The notes below the pieces were generated by a model. That model did no database searches. It had not been told where the DNA came from and saw nothing but the letters and a program-made list of their open reading frames with translations. From Candidatus Norongarragalinales archaeon (GTDB lineage Archaea > Micrarchaeota > Micrarchaeia > Norongarragalinales > Norongarragalinaceae), in NCBI GenBank assembly GCA_038884755.1, contig JAWABJ010000001.1, forward strand, positions 153,792 to 217,791: 64,000 bases of DNA, read 5' to 3'. This document shows positions 28,013-35,792 of the stretch, piece after piece; the first letter of the stretch is position 1, and every line of letters begins with the position of its first letter. The translations under genes were made by a program, and so were the position numbers.

Positions 28013-28194
28013 GCGGCGATGGTCTAGTGGTATGATCCGAGCCTTCCATTGAATTTTTCTTTTTTTTTACAAAAAAAGAAAAATTCAGTAAAGAAAAAAC
28101 TTTCAGGAAAGCTTGAGGCCCGGGTTCGATAGGGGCGAAACTGCGTTTCTCCCTCTTCCTTTCGGAAAAGGTGCCGAAAATCCCGGTCGCCGCA
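28013..28194 (+). tRNA. tRNA-Gly(TCC) with two introns (28049-28109 at 37/38; 28131-28180 at 59/60)
   Basis: Spliced: GCGGCGATGGTCTAGTGGTATGATCCGAGCCTTCCAAGCTTGAGGCCCGGGTTCGATTCCCGGTCGCCGCA; T-loop BHB TTCG/CGAA with AT|A and AA|T bulges. Confidence 0.9.
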
Positions 28195-28204
28195 CTTTTT
28201 TTTT

Positions 28205-28537
28205 TCAAATCCTGTAAAACTGCAAGTGCGGTATTCCTTTTATTTTCTTTACGTTCGCTTTGTTGAAGCCCAGCGCCTTTTGCGCGGCTGCGACGGACTT
28301 TTCCCCGACAATGTTGACGTTCTCGGCGTTGCGCAGCAATTCCACCGCCTGGATTTCGGTTACGGTGTAGCCTTCGTAGAAAGAACGGTATGCCTTGAGG
28401 TCGAGCGTCTTCTCTCCTTGAGTGAAGCATTTTCCCAAAAGCTCGGTGTCGCACAACGCGAGGATTTTCGTTTCAAAGCCGCGCGCCGAGCGCAAGTGGA
28501 CGCGTGCGGTGATGCTGCTTTTCAAAGCGTTTCTCAC
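28205..28537 (-). CDS. DUF424 family protein
   Basis: ILALCDTELLGK, FYEG, NVNIVGEKSV, IKGIPHLQ. Confidence 0.88.
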   Translation of the reverse strand: MRNALKSSITARVHLRSARGFETKILALCDTELLGKCFTQGEKTLDLKAYRSFYEGYTVTEIQAVELLRNAENVNIVGEKSVAAAQKALGFNKANVKKIKGIPHLQFYRI

Positions 28538-28893
28538 TTTTTGCCGTACTTCTTGAAGTAATCTTCCAAAAGCTCTTTTACTTGGTCTATCGTGGCGAAT
28601 TCCAAGGGGTTTATTTCTTCGAGCAGGGCCTTGAGCTCGCGCAGTTCCTGCCTGGTGGCGAACTTGCTTTCGTCTATTTGCGCCCCCCTTCCTCCTCCGC
28701 CTTCCCTCGCGACTTTCTCTACCTTCTCGTTCAACGTGATGAGCGTGCGGCCCATGATTTCCTCGTTTTTTTCCATGGTTTTTAGCTTTTGGGCTATGAG
28801 GTTTATCTTGGAATCGAGGGTCTGCAGTTCGGAATTAAATGCTTCCAGAACGTCCTGTGGTTTTGCGGGCCTTTGCGGCGGCATTGTCATCAA
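28534..28893 (-). CDS. Hypothetical coiled-coil protein
   Basis: Heptad-rich ORF overlapping DUF424 by 4 nt; AGGGGA RBS-like sequence upstream. Confidence 0.7.
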   Translation of the reverse strand: MMTMPPQRPAKPQDVLEAFNSELQTLDSKINLIAQKLKTMEKNEEIMGRTLITLNEKVEKVAREGGGGRGAQIDESKFATRQELRELKALLEEINPLEFATIDQVKELLEDYFKKYGKK

Positions 28894-28973
28894 TCCCCTT
28901 TTTGAGCGTGTTGGTCAAACCGTTTCACGCAGCCGGCTCTTAAATAGGTTTGCCGGCGCTCCCGCAAATATAA

Positions 28974-29090
28974 TATAGACGTCGGCTATCCACGTCTAAA
29001 AGGACTGGTTTTAAAAGCCGACTTCTATAGCTGCAGAAATGCAATGCATTCGTCCGCTTGCTGAAGCAAACGGTTTTCTGCATTTCTGCA
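28974..29090. promoter_or_regulatory. Divergent promoter region with two long inverted repeats upstream of polB
   Basis: TATAGACGTCGGCT (28974-28987) / AGCCGACTTCTATA (29016-29029), 13 of 14 matching, flanking TTTTAAAA; perfect 12-bp IR TGCAGAAATGCA (29032-29043) / TGCATTTCTGCA (29079-29090). Confidence 0.5.
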
Positions 29091-29129
29091 TAAAACTCTT
29101 GGGCTGGTAGAAACTTAAGGTGGGTTTTT

Positions 29130-31580
29130 TTGAAGGGGGATAAAAACGGCGTATTGCGGGCTTTCCTGCTTGAAGTCGACCACGCTCTGGTCGAAGGCGA
29201 GAGCGCCGTGCGCCTCATGCTTAAGCTGGAAGACGGGCGCACTATACGCTTGTACGACTCTTTCGAGCCTTACTTTCTCGTAAAGCCTGCTGAAAAAAGC
29301 GAACTGCAAAAGTGCAAAGAAAACTTGGAGAAAATGCGCGCCTTCGGAAAATCCGGCGAAGTCAAGGCAAAGCGGGTGGAGGAAACGCAGCTTTCCTTCA
29401 GAAACCAACGCTTGCAGTTGCTGAAAGTTTTCGCTTTCCGCGCGTCCGACGTGCCCTTGCTGCGCAAAGATGCTGAAAAGCACGGCGTTCCGTTCGAGTT
29501 CGACATTCCCTACACGCGGCGCTATCTTTTGGACAAGCGCCTTCGCCCTAACGCCTTGCATGAAGTGGCGCACGATGGGCTGAAAGTAAAGGCAATAAGG
29601 GTGTTGGATTTGCAAGGTGAAACTCCGAAATTCCGCATGCTTTCTCTTGATATTGAAACTTACAATCCGGACTCGATGCCCAATGCAGAGAAAGACCCTG
29701 TTTTGATGATCGGCTTTGACGGCGAAGCGAAAGGCGTTTTTTCGTTCAAGAAAAAGTTTTCTCGCGATTTTGTTAAGGCTTTCGCTTCCGAGAAGGAAAT
29801 GATAGAGGCGTACTGCGCTTTGCTCAAGGAAAAGAAAATCGATTTGGTGTGCACTTACAACGGCGACCAGTTCGACTTGCCTTACTTGGACACCCGTTCG
29901 AAGCGCATAGGCGCTTCGTTGCGGTTGGGAAGGGACAAGACTCCTGTGAAAACCAAGCGCCTTGGCTTGCGGAATGTTTCTAAAATTTCCGGGAGGATTC
30001 ACTACGACGTTTTTCCCGTCGCTTCGTTCTTGAATTTCATCGGCACGATCAAAGTGGAGCGCCTTACGCTGGAGGAAGTTTATGCGACGGTTCTGGGCGG
30101 AAAAAAGCTGGGCGTAAAAAAGGAAGAAATCCACAGGATTTGGGATTCCGGCTCGCAGAAAGAACTCGATTTTCTCGCGGAGTACTGCCTTACGGATGCG
30201 ATAGCGTGCATAGCGCTCACCAAACACTTCCTGCACTTACATATGGAATTGGGAAAGCTGGTGCAAATGCCGCTGTCGGAAGTTTCGCGCGCGACCGCGT
30301 CGCAATTGGTGGAAACGTACCTGCTGGGAAAGGCTTTTGCGCGCAACGAACTCGTTCCCAACAAACCTTCTTCCACCGACATTTACTCGCGGCAGTCGCC
30401 CGTGGAAGGCGCTTTCGTGAAAACTCCCGACGCGGGGCTGTACGAGAACATTGCGGTCCTGGATTTCCGTTCGCTGTACCCCTCCATAATAATTTCGCAC
30501 AACATCGACGCTACCACTTTCAACTGCGACTGCTGCGGGAAAGACGGCTTCGTTTCGCCGCAAGGGCACCGGTTTTGCAAAAAACGCAAGGGGATAATTC
30601 CGGAAATGCTCGAGGAGATTTTGAAGGAGCGCACGCGCATACGCTCTGAAATGAAAAAGCTCGAGCCTTCTTCGAAGGAATACAGGGCTTTGGATGCCAG
30701 GCAGTGGAGTTTAAAGATTCTTGCGAACAGCACTTACGGTTATTTGCTTTACGCACGCTCGCGGTGGTACTCCCGCGAGGGCGGGGAGGCGACTACCGCG
30801 TGGGGGAGGCACTACGTGCAGGACGTGCTGAAAAAGGCAGAAGAGTTCGGGCTCAAGCCTTTGTATGCCGATACGGATTCGGCGTTCTTGCTTTATGAAG
30901 ACAAGAAGAAGGTGGTGGAGTTCCAGAAGAAAGTCAACTCTTCTCTTCCCGAAGCCATGCAGTTGGAGCTAGAGGGTTTTTACCCGCGCGGGATTTTCGT
31001 TTCCAGGAAAGTGAAGGGGGCGGAGGAGAAGGGTGCGAAGAAGAAGTACGCGCTTATCGGCGAGGACGGGAAAATCAAAATCCGGGGTTTCGAGCTTGTA
31101 CGCAGGGACTGGAGCAAAATCGCGCGGGAGACGCAGCGCAAGGTTTTGGAACTGATGCTGAAGGAAGGCAGCGTGGAAAATGCTGTCGCGCTGGTGAAAA
31201 ACGTCTTGCTGGAGCTTAAGGCAGGGAAGGTTCCTCTTGAAGACTGTGTGATATACACTCAGCTTCGCAAGAGCGCTTCCTCGTACGAAGTGCTTTCGCC
31301 AGAATTGGGCGCGGTGGAGCATGCCCGGAAACAAGGGATTAGGGTTCCTGCCAACGCTGTCATTGGATATGTGGTCACGAAAGAAGGGAAGGAAGCGTCG
31401 AAAAGCAAGCAGAAGATTCACTTGCAGTCTAGGCTCGTCGAACTTGCGAAAGATTACGACGCCGACTATTACATAAACCACCAGGTTTTGCCTGCGGTGC
31501 TTCGTATTCTGGGTTCGTTGGGTTTCGACGAGGATTCCTTGAAAAACAAGGGAAAGCAGACTGGCTTGGGCTCGTGGTGA
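29130..31580 (+). CDS. polB: Family B DNA polymerase (PolB3-like), intact
   Basis: Exo DIET, YNGDQFD, YCLTDA; Pol DFRSLYPSII, KILANSTYGY, YADTDS. Confidence 0.97.
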   Translation: MKGDKNGVLRAFLLEVDHALVEGESAVRLMLKLEDGRTIRLYDSFEPYFLVKPAEKSELQKCKENLEKMRAFGKSGEVKAKRVEETQLSFRNQRLQLLKVFAFRASDVPLLRKDAEKHGVPFEFDIPYTRRYLLDKRLRPNALHEVAHDGLKVKAIRVLDLQGETPKFRMLSLDIETYNPDSMPNAEKDPVLMIGFDGEAKGVFSFKKKFSRDFVKAFASEKEMIEAYCALLKEKKIDLVCTYNGDQFDLPYLDTRSKRIGASLRLGRDKTPVKTKRLGLRNVSKISGRIHYDVFPVASFLNFIGTIKVERLTLEEVYATVLGGKKLGVKKEEIHRIWDSGSQKELDFLAEYCLTDAIACIALTKHFLHLHMELGKLVQMPLSEVSRATASQLVETYLLGKAFARNELVPNKPSSTDIYSRQSPVEGAFVKTPDAGLYENIAVLDFRSLYPSIIISHNIDATTFNCDCCGKDGFVSPQGHRFCKKRKGIIPEMLEEILKERTRIRSEMKKLEPSSKEYRALDARQWSLKILANSTYGYLLYARSRWYSREGGEATTAWGRHYVQDVLKKAEEFGLKPLYADTDSAFLLYEDKKKVVEFQKKVNSSLPEAMQLELEGFYPRGIFVSRKVKGAEEKGAKKKYALIGEDGKIKIRGFELVRRDWSKIARETQRKVLELMLKEGSVENAVALVKNVLLELKAGKVPLEDCVIYTQLRKSASSYEVLSPELGAVEHARKQGIRVPANAVIGYVVTKEGKEASKSKQKIHLQSRLVELAKDYDADYYINHQVLPAVLRILGSLGFDEDSLKNKGKQTGLGSW

Positions 31581-31633
31581 AAACCGAAAACCGTTTTAAA
31601 TGCGCGCGCAGTAAGATTTTCAAGGGTTGTTTG

Positions 31634-31981
31634 ATGATAATAAGCAGGCAGGTTCTTTTGGTCATCGCCTTAGCCATGCTGGCAGTTTCGCTCGTGTTCT
31701 TAACTTGGGTTTTGCAACTCCCGTCCTATGCGCCGCAGGCTGTGGGGTACGTTCCTCCTGCCGTGGGTATAGTTTCGGTGGAAGTCGTGGCTACCGCAAC
31801 GCCTTCGGCTACTGCAGACCCCGCGGTCGTGGACTTTTGCTCTTCCTATCCGAAAGACTTGCAGCAAGCTTGCGTTGACGGAATAACCGCCGGAGGGGGA
31901 AGAATTCCCGAAAGCTCGCAAGACTGCGAGCTCGTTCCAGAAGAACTGCGCGAAGAGTGCATGCGGAATTTCGCGGGCTAG
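31634..31981 (+). CDS. Small single-TM exported protein
   Basis: N-terminal TM, PAVGIVSVEV motif, 4-Cys C-terminal domain. Confidence 0.65.
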   Translation: MIISRQVLLVIALAMLAVSLVFLTWVLQLPSYAPQAVGYVPPAVGIVSVEVVATATPSATADPAVVDFCSSYPKDLQQACVDGITAGGGRIPESSQDCELVPEELREECMRNFAG

Positions 31982-32046
31982 GTGCTTTCACTCGCACGAC
32001 GCTTTTAAAAACAAGTTTGAATCATTTTTTACCGGGGGGTTTAACA

Positions 32047-32268
32047 ATGTTGGAAAAACATTCGGTTTTGCTCGTGGCAATTGGCTTTCTGGCTTTGTCC
32101 GTAGCCTTCTTCGTTTGGGTTGCGTTTTTGCCTCCCGCTCCTTTGGTGCCAGTGAACAACCAAATTCCTCAAGCCGGGCGGGTTGAAGCCTACGTTTTGC
32201 CTCCCAGCCCGACGCCTTGGCAGGAGGCGCCTGCCACTCCGTCTCCGCCCGAAGAGGAGCAGGCTTAA
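32047..32268 (+). CDS. Small single-TM exported protein (similar to 31634-31981)
   Basis: GGGGGT RBS; VLLVAIGFLALSVAFFVWV then PQAGRVEAYV. Confidence 0.6.
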   Translation: MLEKHSVLLVAIGFLALSVAFFVWVAFLPPAPLVPVNNQIPQAGRVEAYVLPPSPTPWQEAPATPSPPEEEQA

Positions 32269-32356
32269 ACTCCCGTTGTTTCCCGCGCTTTTTGATTCGA
32301 TCACGTTTGTATGCATAAAATGCCTTTCAATGTTTTTTTTTTGCGTGTGAAGAAAA

Positions 32357-33241
32357 ATGGTTTCCGAGGAAGAATTGAAGAATTATTTGCAAGCGGCTAG
32401 GGTGCACGAGGCTGCGCAGGAAACAGCGCGCAGCGTGGTGAAAGAAGGAGCGGGCGTCCTGGCCGCAGCGAATGCGATTGAAAAGGAGATTGTGGATTCC
32501 GGCGGAAAGCCCGCTTTTCCCGTCAACATTTCCTTCGACAGCGAAGCGGCGCACAACACTCCTGTTGTGGGCGACAAGCGGGTGTTTGCGAGAGAAGTTG
32601 TGAAAGTTGATATTGGCGTGCATGTCGCCGGTTGCATAATAGATTCTGGGTTTACCATGGATTTGGGCGGCGAGCAAGGAAAGCTCGTGGAAGCAAGCGA
32701 ACAGGCGTTGAAAGACGCTTTGAGCGTGATGCGCGCGGGAGCAAAAGCGAAGGAAGTCGGTGCAGTAATAGAGAAAACCATCCGAAACAAGGGCTTCAAG
32801 CCCGTGGAAAACTTGTCGGGGCACTTGCTCGAGCCGTATAACCTTCATGCAGGCGTGGAAGTTCCGAATGTTGCGAAAGGCGGGGAGCATGTTTTTGAGG
32901 AAGGCGAGGTTTTTGCCGTCGAGCCTTTTGCTTCCACGGGCGCGGGGTTCGTTAGCGACGGGCCGGCTCCAGCGGAAATTTTTTCGATAATCGCGTTGAA
33001 GAACGTGCGCATGCAGCGCAGCCGCGAGTTTTTGCACAAGGTGTTCGAAGAGCGGCAGCTTTTGCCTTTCGCCAAGCGCTGGTTTGCCGAGGAAAAAATG
33101 CTGGATTTCACGTTGCGCGATTTGGCCAGGCAAGGCGTATTGCACGACTACCCTGTTTTGGTAGACGAGGGCAAGGGCTTGGTTTCTCAGGCGGAGTCTA
33201 CAGTGATTATAGAAAAGGATTCCGTGCGCGTGCTCGTTTGA
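32357..33241 (+). CDS. map: Methionine aminopeptidase type II
   Basis: AFPVNIS..AAH, KVDIGVHV..IIDS, NLSGH, AVEPFAS, SQAE. Confidence 0.95.
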   Translation: MVSEEELKNYLQAARVHEAAQETARSVVKEGAGVLAAANAIEKEIVDSGGKPAFPVNISFDSEAAHNTPVVGDKRVFAREVVKVDIGVHVAGCIIDSGFTMDLGGEQGKLVEASEQALKDALSVMRAGAKAKEVGAVIEKTIRNKGFKPVENLSGHLLEPYNLHAGVEVPNVAKGGEHVFEEGEVFAVEPFASTGAGFVSDGPAPAEIFSIIALKNVRMQRSREFLHKVFEERQLLPFAKRWFAEEKMLDFTLRDLARQGVLHDYPVLVDEGKGLVSQAESTVIIEKDSVRVLV

Positions 33242-33257
33242 GCGGTTATGCAGAACT

Positions 33258-34178
33258 TTATTTAGCGCCGAGCAACAGCGCAATCAACGCCATTCTCACT
33301 GGCACGCCGTTCGCTGCTTGGCGGAAGTATGCCGCGCGAAGATCGCCGTCAACGCTTTCTTCTATTTCCCCTATCCTGGGCAAGGGGTGCATTACTATTG
33401 ATTTCGGCTTCATTTTCGACAAAAGCGAATTGTCCACGTGATACAACGACTTTAGTTTTTGGTAGTCGTCTTGCGGAGAAAGGCGTTCTTTCTGCAAGCG
33501 CGTGACGTAAAGAACGTCGAGGTTGCCTGCAATTTGGCTGACGTTTTCGCAAAACTCCACGCGCGAGCCTTTCGCTTCTGCCTTCTTAACGTATTCTCCG
33601 GGCATTTGCAGCGAAGGCGGCGCTATGCAATAGAAATTCGCGCCGAAGCGCGATGCGCCCATTATGAGCGAATGGACTGTGCGCCCGTACTTCAAATCGC
33701 CGTAAAACCCTATGTTCACGTCCAGTCTTCCCAACTCCTTCTTGATTGTGTACAAATCAAGCAGCGTTTGCGTAGGGTGTTCGCCCTTACCTTCCCCCCC
33801 GCTTATCACGGGTATCGAGGCATATTCGGCCGCGAGGGAAAGCGAGTTCGGTTGCGAGTGCCGCATTGCTATCACGTCGGCATAGCCGTCGATAATGCGG
33901 ATGGTGTCCTGCAAAGTTTCTCCTTTGGCTACAGAAGTCCCGCTGGTGTCGGAAAAGCCTATTGCGCTTCCGCCGAGGCGAAGCATGGCCGTTTGGAAAG
34001 AGAATTGCGTGCGCGTGGAAGGCTCGAAAAAAAGCGTGGCGAGAACCTTGCCTTGGCAAAGCGTGGTCGGCCTGTGCTTGGCTTCCTCCATTTCCGCGGC
34101 GGTTTCCAAAACGCTTTGCACTTCCGAGTCGGCGAAATCGTTTATTGAAATCAAGTCGCGTCCTTTCAGGGAACCCAT
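33258..34178 (-). CDS. pyrB: Aspartate carbamoyltransferase catalytic subunit
   Basis: FFEPSTRT, KGETLQDT, HPTQTLLD, GDLKYGRTVHS, MHPLPR. Confidence 0.97.
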   Translation of the reverse strand: MGSLKGRDLISINDFADSEVQSVLETAAEMEEAKHRPTTLCQGKVLATLFFEPSTRTQFSFQTAMLRLGGSAIGFSDTSGTSVAKGETLQDTIRIIDGYADVIAMRHSQPNSLSLAAEYASIPVISGGEGKGEHPTQTLLDLYTIKKELGRLDVNIGFYGDLKYGRTVHSLIMGASRFGANFYCIAPPSLQMPGEYVKKAEAKGSRVEFCENVSQIAGNLDVLYVTRLQKERLSPQDDYQKLKSLYHVDNSLLSKMKPKSIVMHPLPRIGEIEESVDGDLRAAYFRQAANGVPVRMALIALLLGAK

Positions 34179-34249
34179 CTTTCCCACCAACTCCCCCACC
34201 AAGCAAATTGTTGGGTCAAGTTTTTATTTGAGTGTGTTTTTCTTCTTTC

Positions 34250-35323
34250 ATGCCCGCGGACTCCAAACAAGGCAAACCCCCCGTAGTGAAACCCGCGCCT
34301 CCTGTGCAGGAAGTCCACAAGGAAATAGTCATCCCCTTGCGTTTCAAGGTTGGAAAAGAGTTTACTTCGAAACTGCCTTTCCTCGTCGCCTTGTTCCTGT
34401 TCTTTTCCTTTTCTATGGTGATGTTCGACAAGAGCAACTTCAAAACGACGGACTTGAGCGACTTGCAGCGCGTGTATTTCAACATTCCCAAGCTCTACAG
34501 CCTTTCGTTTATTCTCTTCATGGTTCTCTTTTCCCTTGCCATGGCGCTAGGCATATACTATTCCATCGGCTTAGGGTGGATTCCTTCTTTGCTTGTCGTT
34601 CCCGCCACGTTCCTTCCAGCGGTAGTCGCTGGAATGCTGTTCTTTCCCGCCTTGACCGGCGCGTTCATGGTCTTCGCCTTGACGATTTCGTTCACTTCCC
34701 TCGTTGCATCGTTCTGGCCCGGATACTCCCTGTCCCGCGCATGGTCGATACTGAGCCTTTCGATGGTGTTGTTCGCTTTGCTGGCGTTTTTCGTGGTTTT
34801 CTACAAGGTTGCCGAGAACAAGGACGTGCATGTCGACTTGTTCTTGAACTCGCTCGTGGCGCAGTCTCAAGGCGGGGGTTTGGGAAGCATTTCCATTCCC
34901 GCGCAAGTGATTTCATCTTCATTGACCAAGGATGATTTCGCCTCGTTCATAACCCAGAACGACATTCGCGATCTGCTTCTTTCCAGCTATCCCAACTTCG
35001 CTTCGCTTTCCGACCAGGAAAAGGAGGCGGCGATAACGGCGTTTCACACTAAAATGGTTGATTTGGGCTTCAAGTCGTTCCAGGAGAATTCCGGCTTGAT
35101 TTCGGACGCGTTGGGGCGCTCGCTGTCTTCGCGCTTCGCGAGCGGTTCCGAGGCGTTGAAACAGCAGATTTACCTTTTGCCCCAGTTTAAGCTCATTTAC
35201 GACCGCTACGCGTTCTTTTCAGGGGCGTTGGCTGCGCTGGTGGCGTCGTTCATCGCGATTTTCATCCAAATCCTCGCAGTCGCCTTTCTTTTCGCCTTGC
35301 ACAAGCTCGTTCCGCAGCCTTGA
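34250..35323 (+). CDS. Hypothetical multi-TM membrane protein with large extracytoplasmic loop
   Basis: Several hydrophobic helices, a soluble helical region, C-terminal TM. Confidence 0.75.
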   Translation: MPADSKQGKPPVVKPAPPVQEVHKEIVIPLRFKVGKEFTSKLPFLVALFLFFSFSMVMFDKSNFKTTDLSDLQRVYFNIPKLYSLSFILFMVLFSLAMALGIYYSIGLGWIPSLLVVPATFLPAVVAGMLFFPALTGAFMVFALTISFTSLVASFWPGYSLSRAWSILSLSMVLFALLAFFVVFYKVAENKDVHVDLFLNSLVAQSQGGGLGSISIPAQVISSSLTKDDFASFITQNDIRDLLLSSYPNFASLSDQEKEAAITAFHTKMVDLGFKSFQENSGLISDALGRSLSSRFASGSEALKQQIYLLPQFKLIYDRYAFFSGALAALVASFIAIFIQILAVAFLFALHKLVPQP

Positions 35324-35369
35324 AAATCAGCTGGTTTTATTTCTTTGCGCGGGCAAACTATTCTACAGT

Positions 35370-35532
35370 GGGCCTTTAGTATAGCCTGGATAGAATAGGG
35401 GCTTCCGAAGCCTCAGACAGGGGTTCGAAGACCGCCTTTTCTTTTTAGAAAAAGAAAATGCGGTCGGCCGAAAAGAAAACGGTCGTCAGTCTCAAAGAAG
35501 CGCGGACTAGAACGGAAATCCCCTAAGGCCCG
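35370..35532 (+). tRNA. tRNA-Arg(CCG) with T-loop intron 35430-35518 (59/60)
   Basis: GGGCCTT/AAGGCCC acceptor, anticodon GGGGC-TTCCGAA-GCCTC; AGGGG-TTCG-AA|G...CGGA-AA|T-CCCCT BHB. Confidence 0.9.
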
Positions 35533-35614
35533 CTTTGCGCTAACCGGCGAGAGCTCAAGCTCGAGCTTTCGCAAGGTAGAGAATAAGAAACCCGCAGTGA
35601 AAATTATTTATCAC

Positions 35615-35734
35615 GGGCCCGTGTGGTAATGGACAACCGGCGGGGCTTCGGACCCCGAGTTGCGCGTTCGAAGAACCTTTCTTTGCGAAAGAAAGCTTTG
35701 CCAAAGAAAGGCAGCGAAAATCGCGCCGGGCCCG
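35615..35734 (+). tRNA. tRNA-Arg(TCG) with T-loop intron 35673-35720 (59/60)
   Basis: GGGCCCG/CGGGCCC acceptor, anticodon CGGGG-CTTCGGA-CCCCG; GCGCG-TTCG-AA|G...CGAA-AA|T-CGCGC BHB. Confidence 0.9.
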
Positions 35735-35737
35735 CTT

Positions 35738-35783
35738 AAACTTTCTTTTTTTTGCGAAAAAAGAAAGTTTAATCAAAGAAAAA
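35738..35783 (+). repeat. A/T palindromic element copy (family A, AAACTT subtype), 3 nt after tRNA-Arg(TCG)
   Basis: AAACTTTC-T-run-GCG-A-run-GAAAGTTT-AATC-AAAGAAAAA. Confidence 0.85.
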
Positions 35784-35792
35784 GGGAAGGAA

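Noticed and set aside
21041..35734. Interrupted tRNAs as prophage/integrative-element att sites or pseudogenes
   Set aside because: The inserts are short, no integrase or duplicated tRNA 3' end is present, exons keep intact stems, and the T-loop inserts rebuild BHB motifs.
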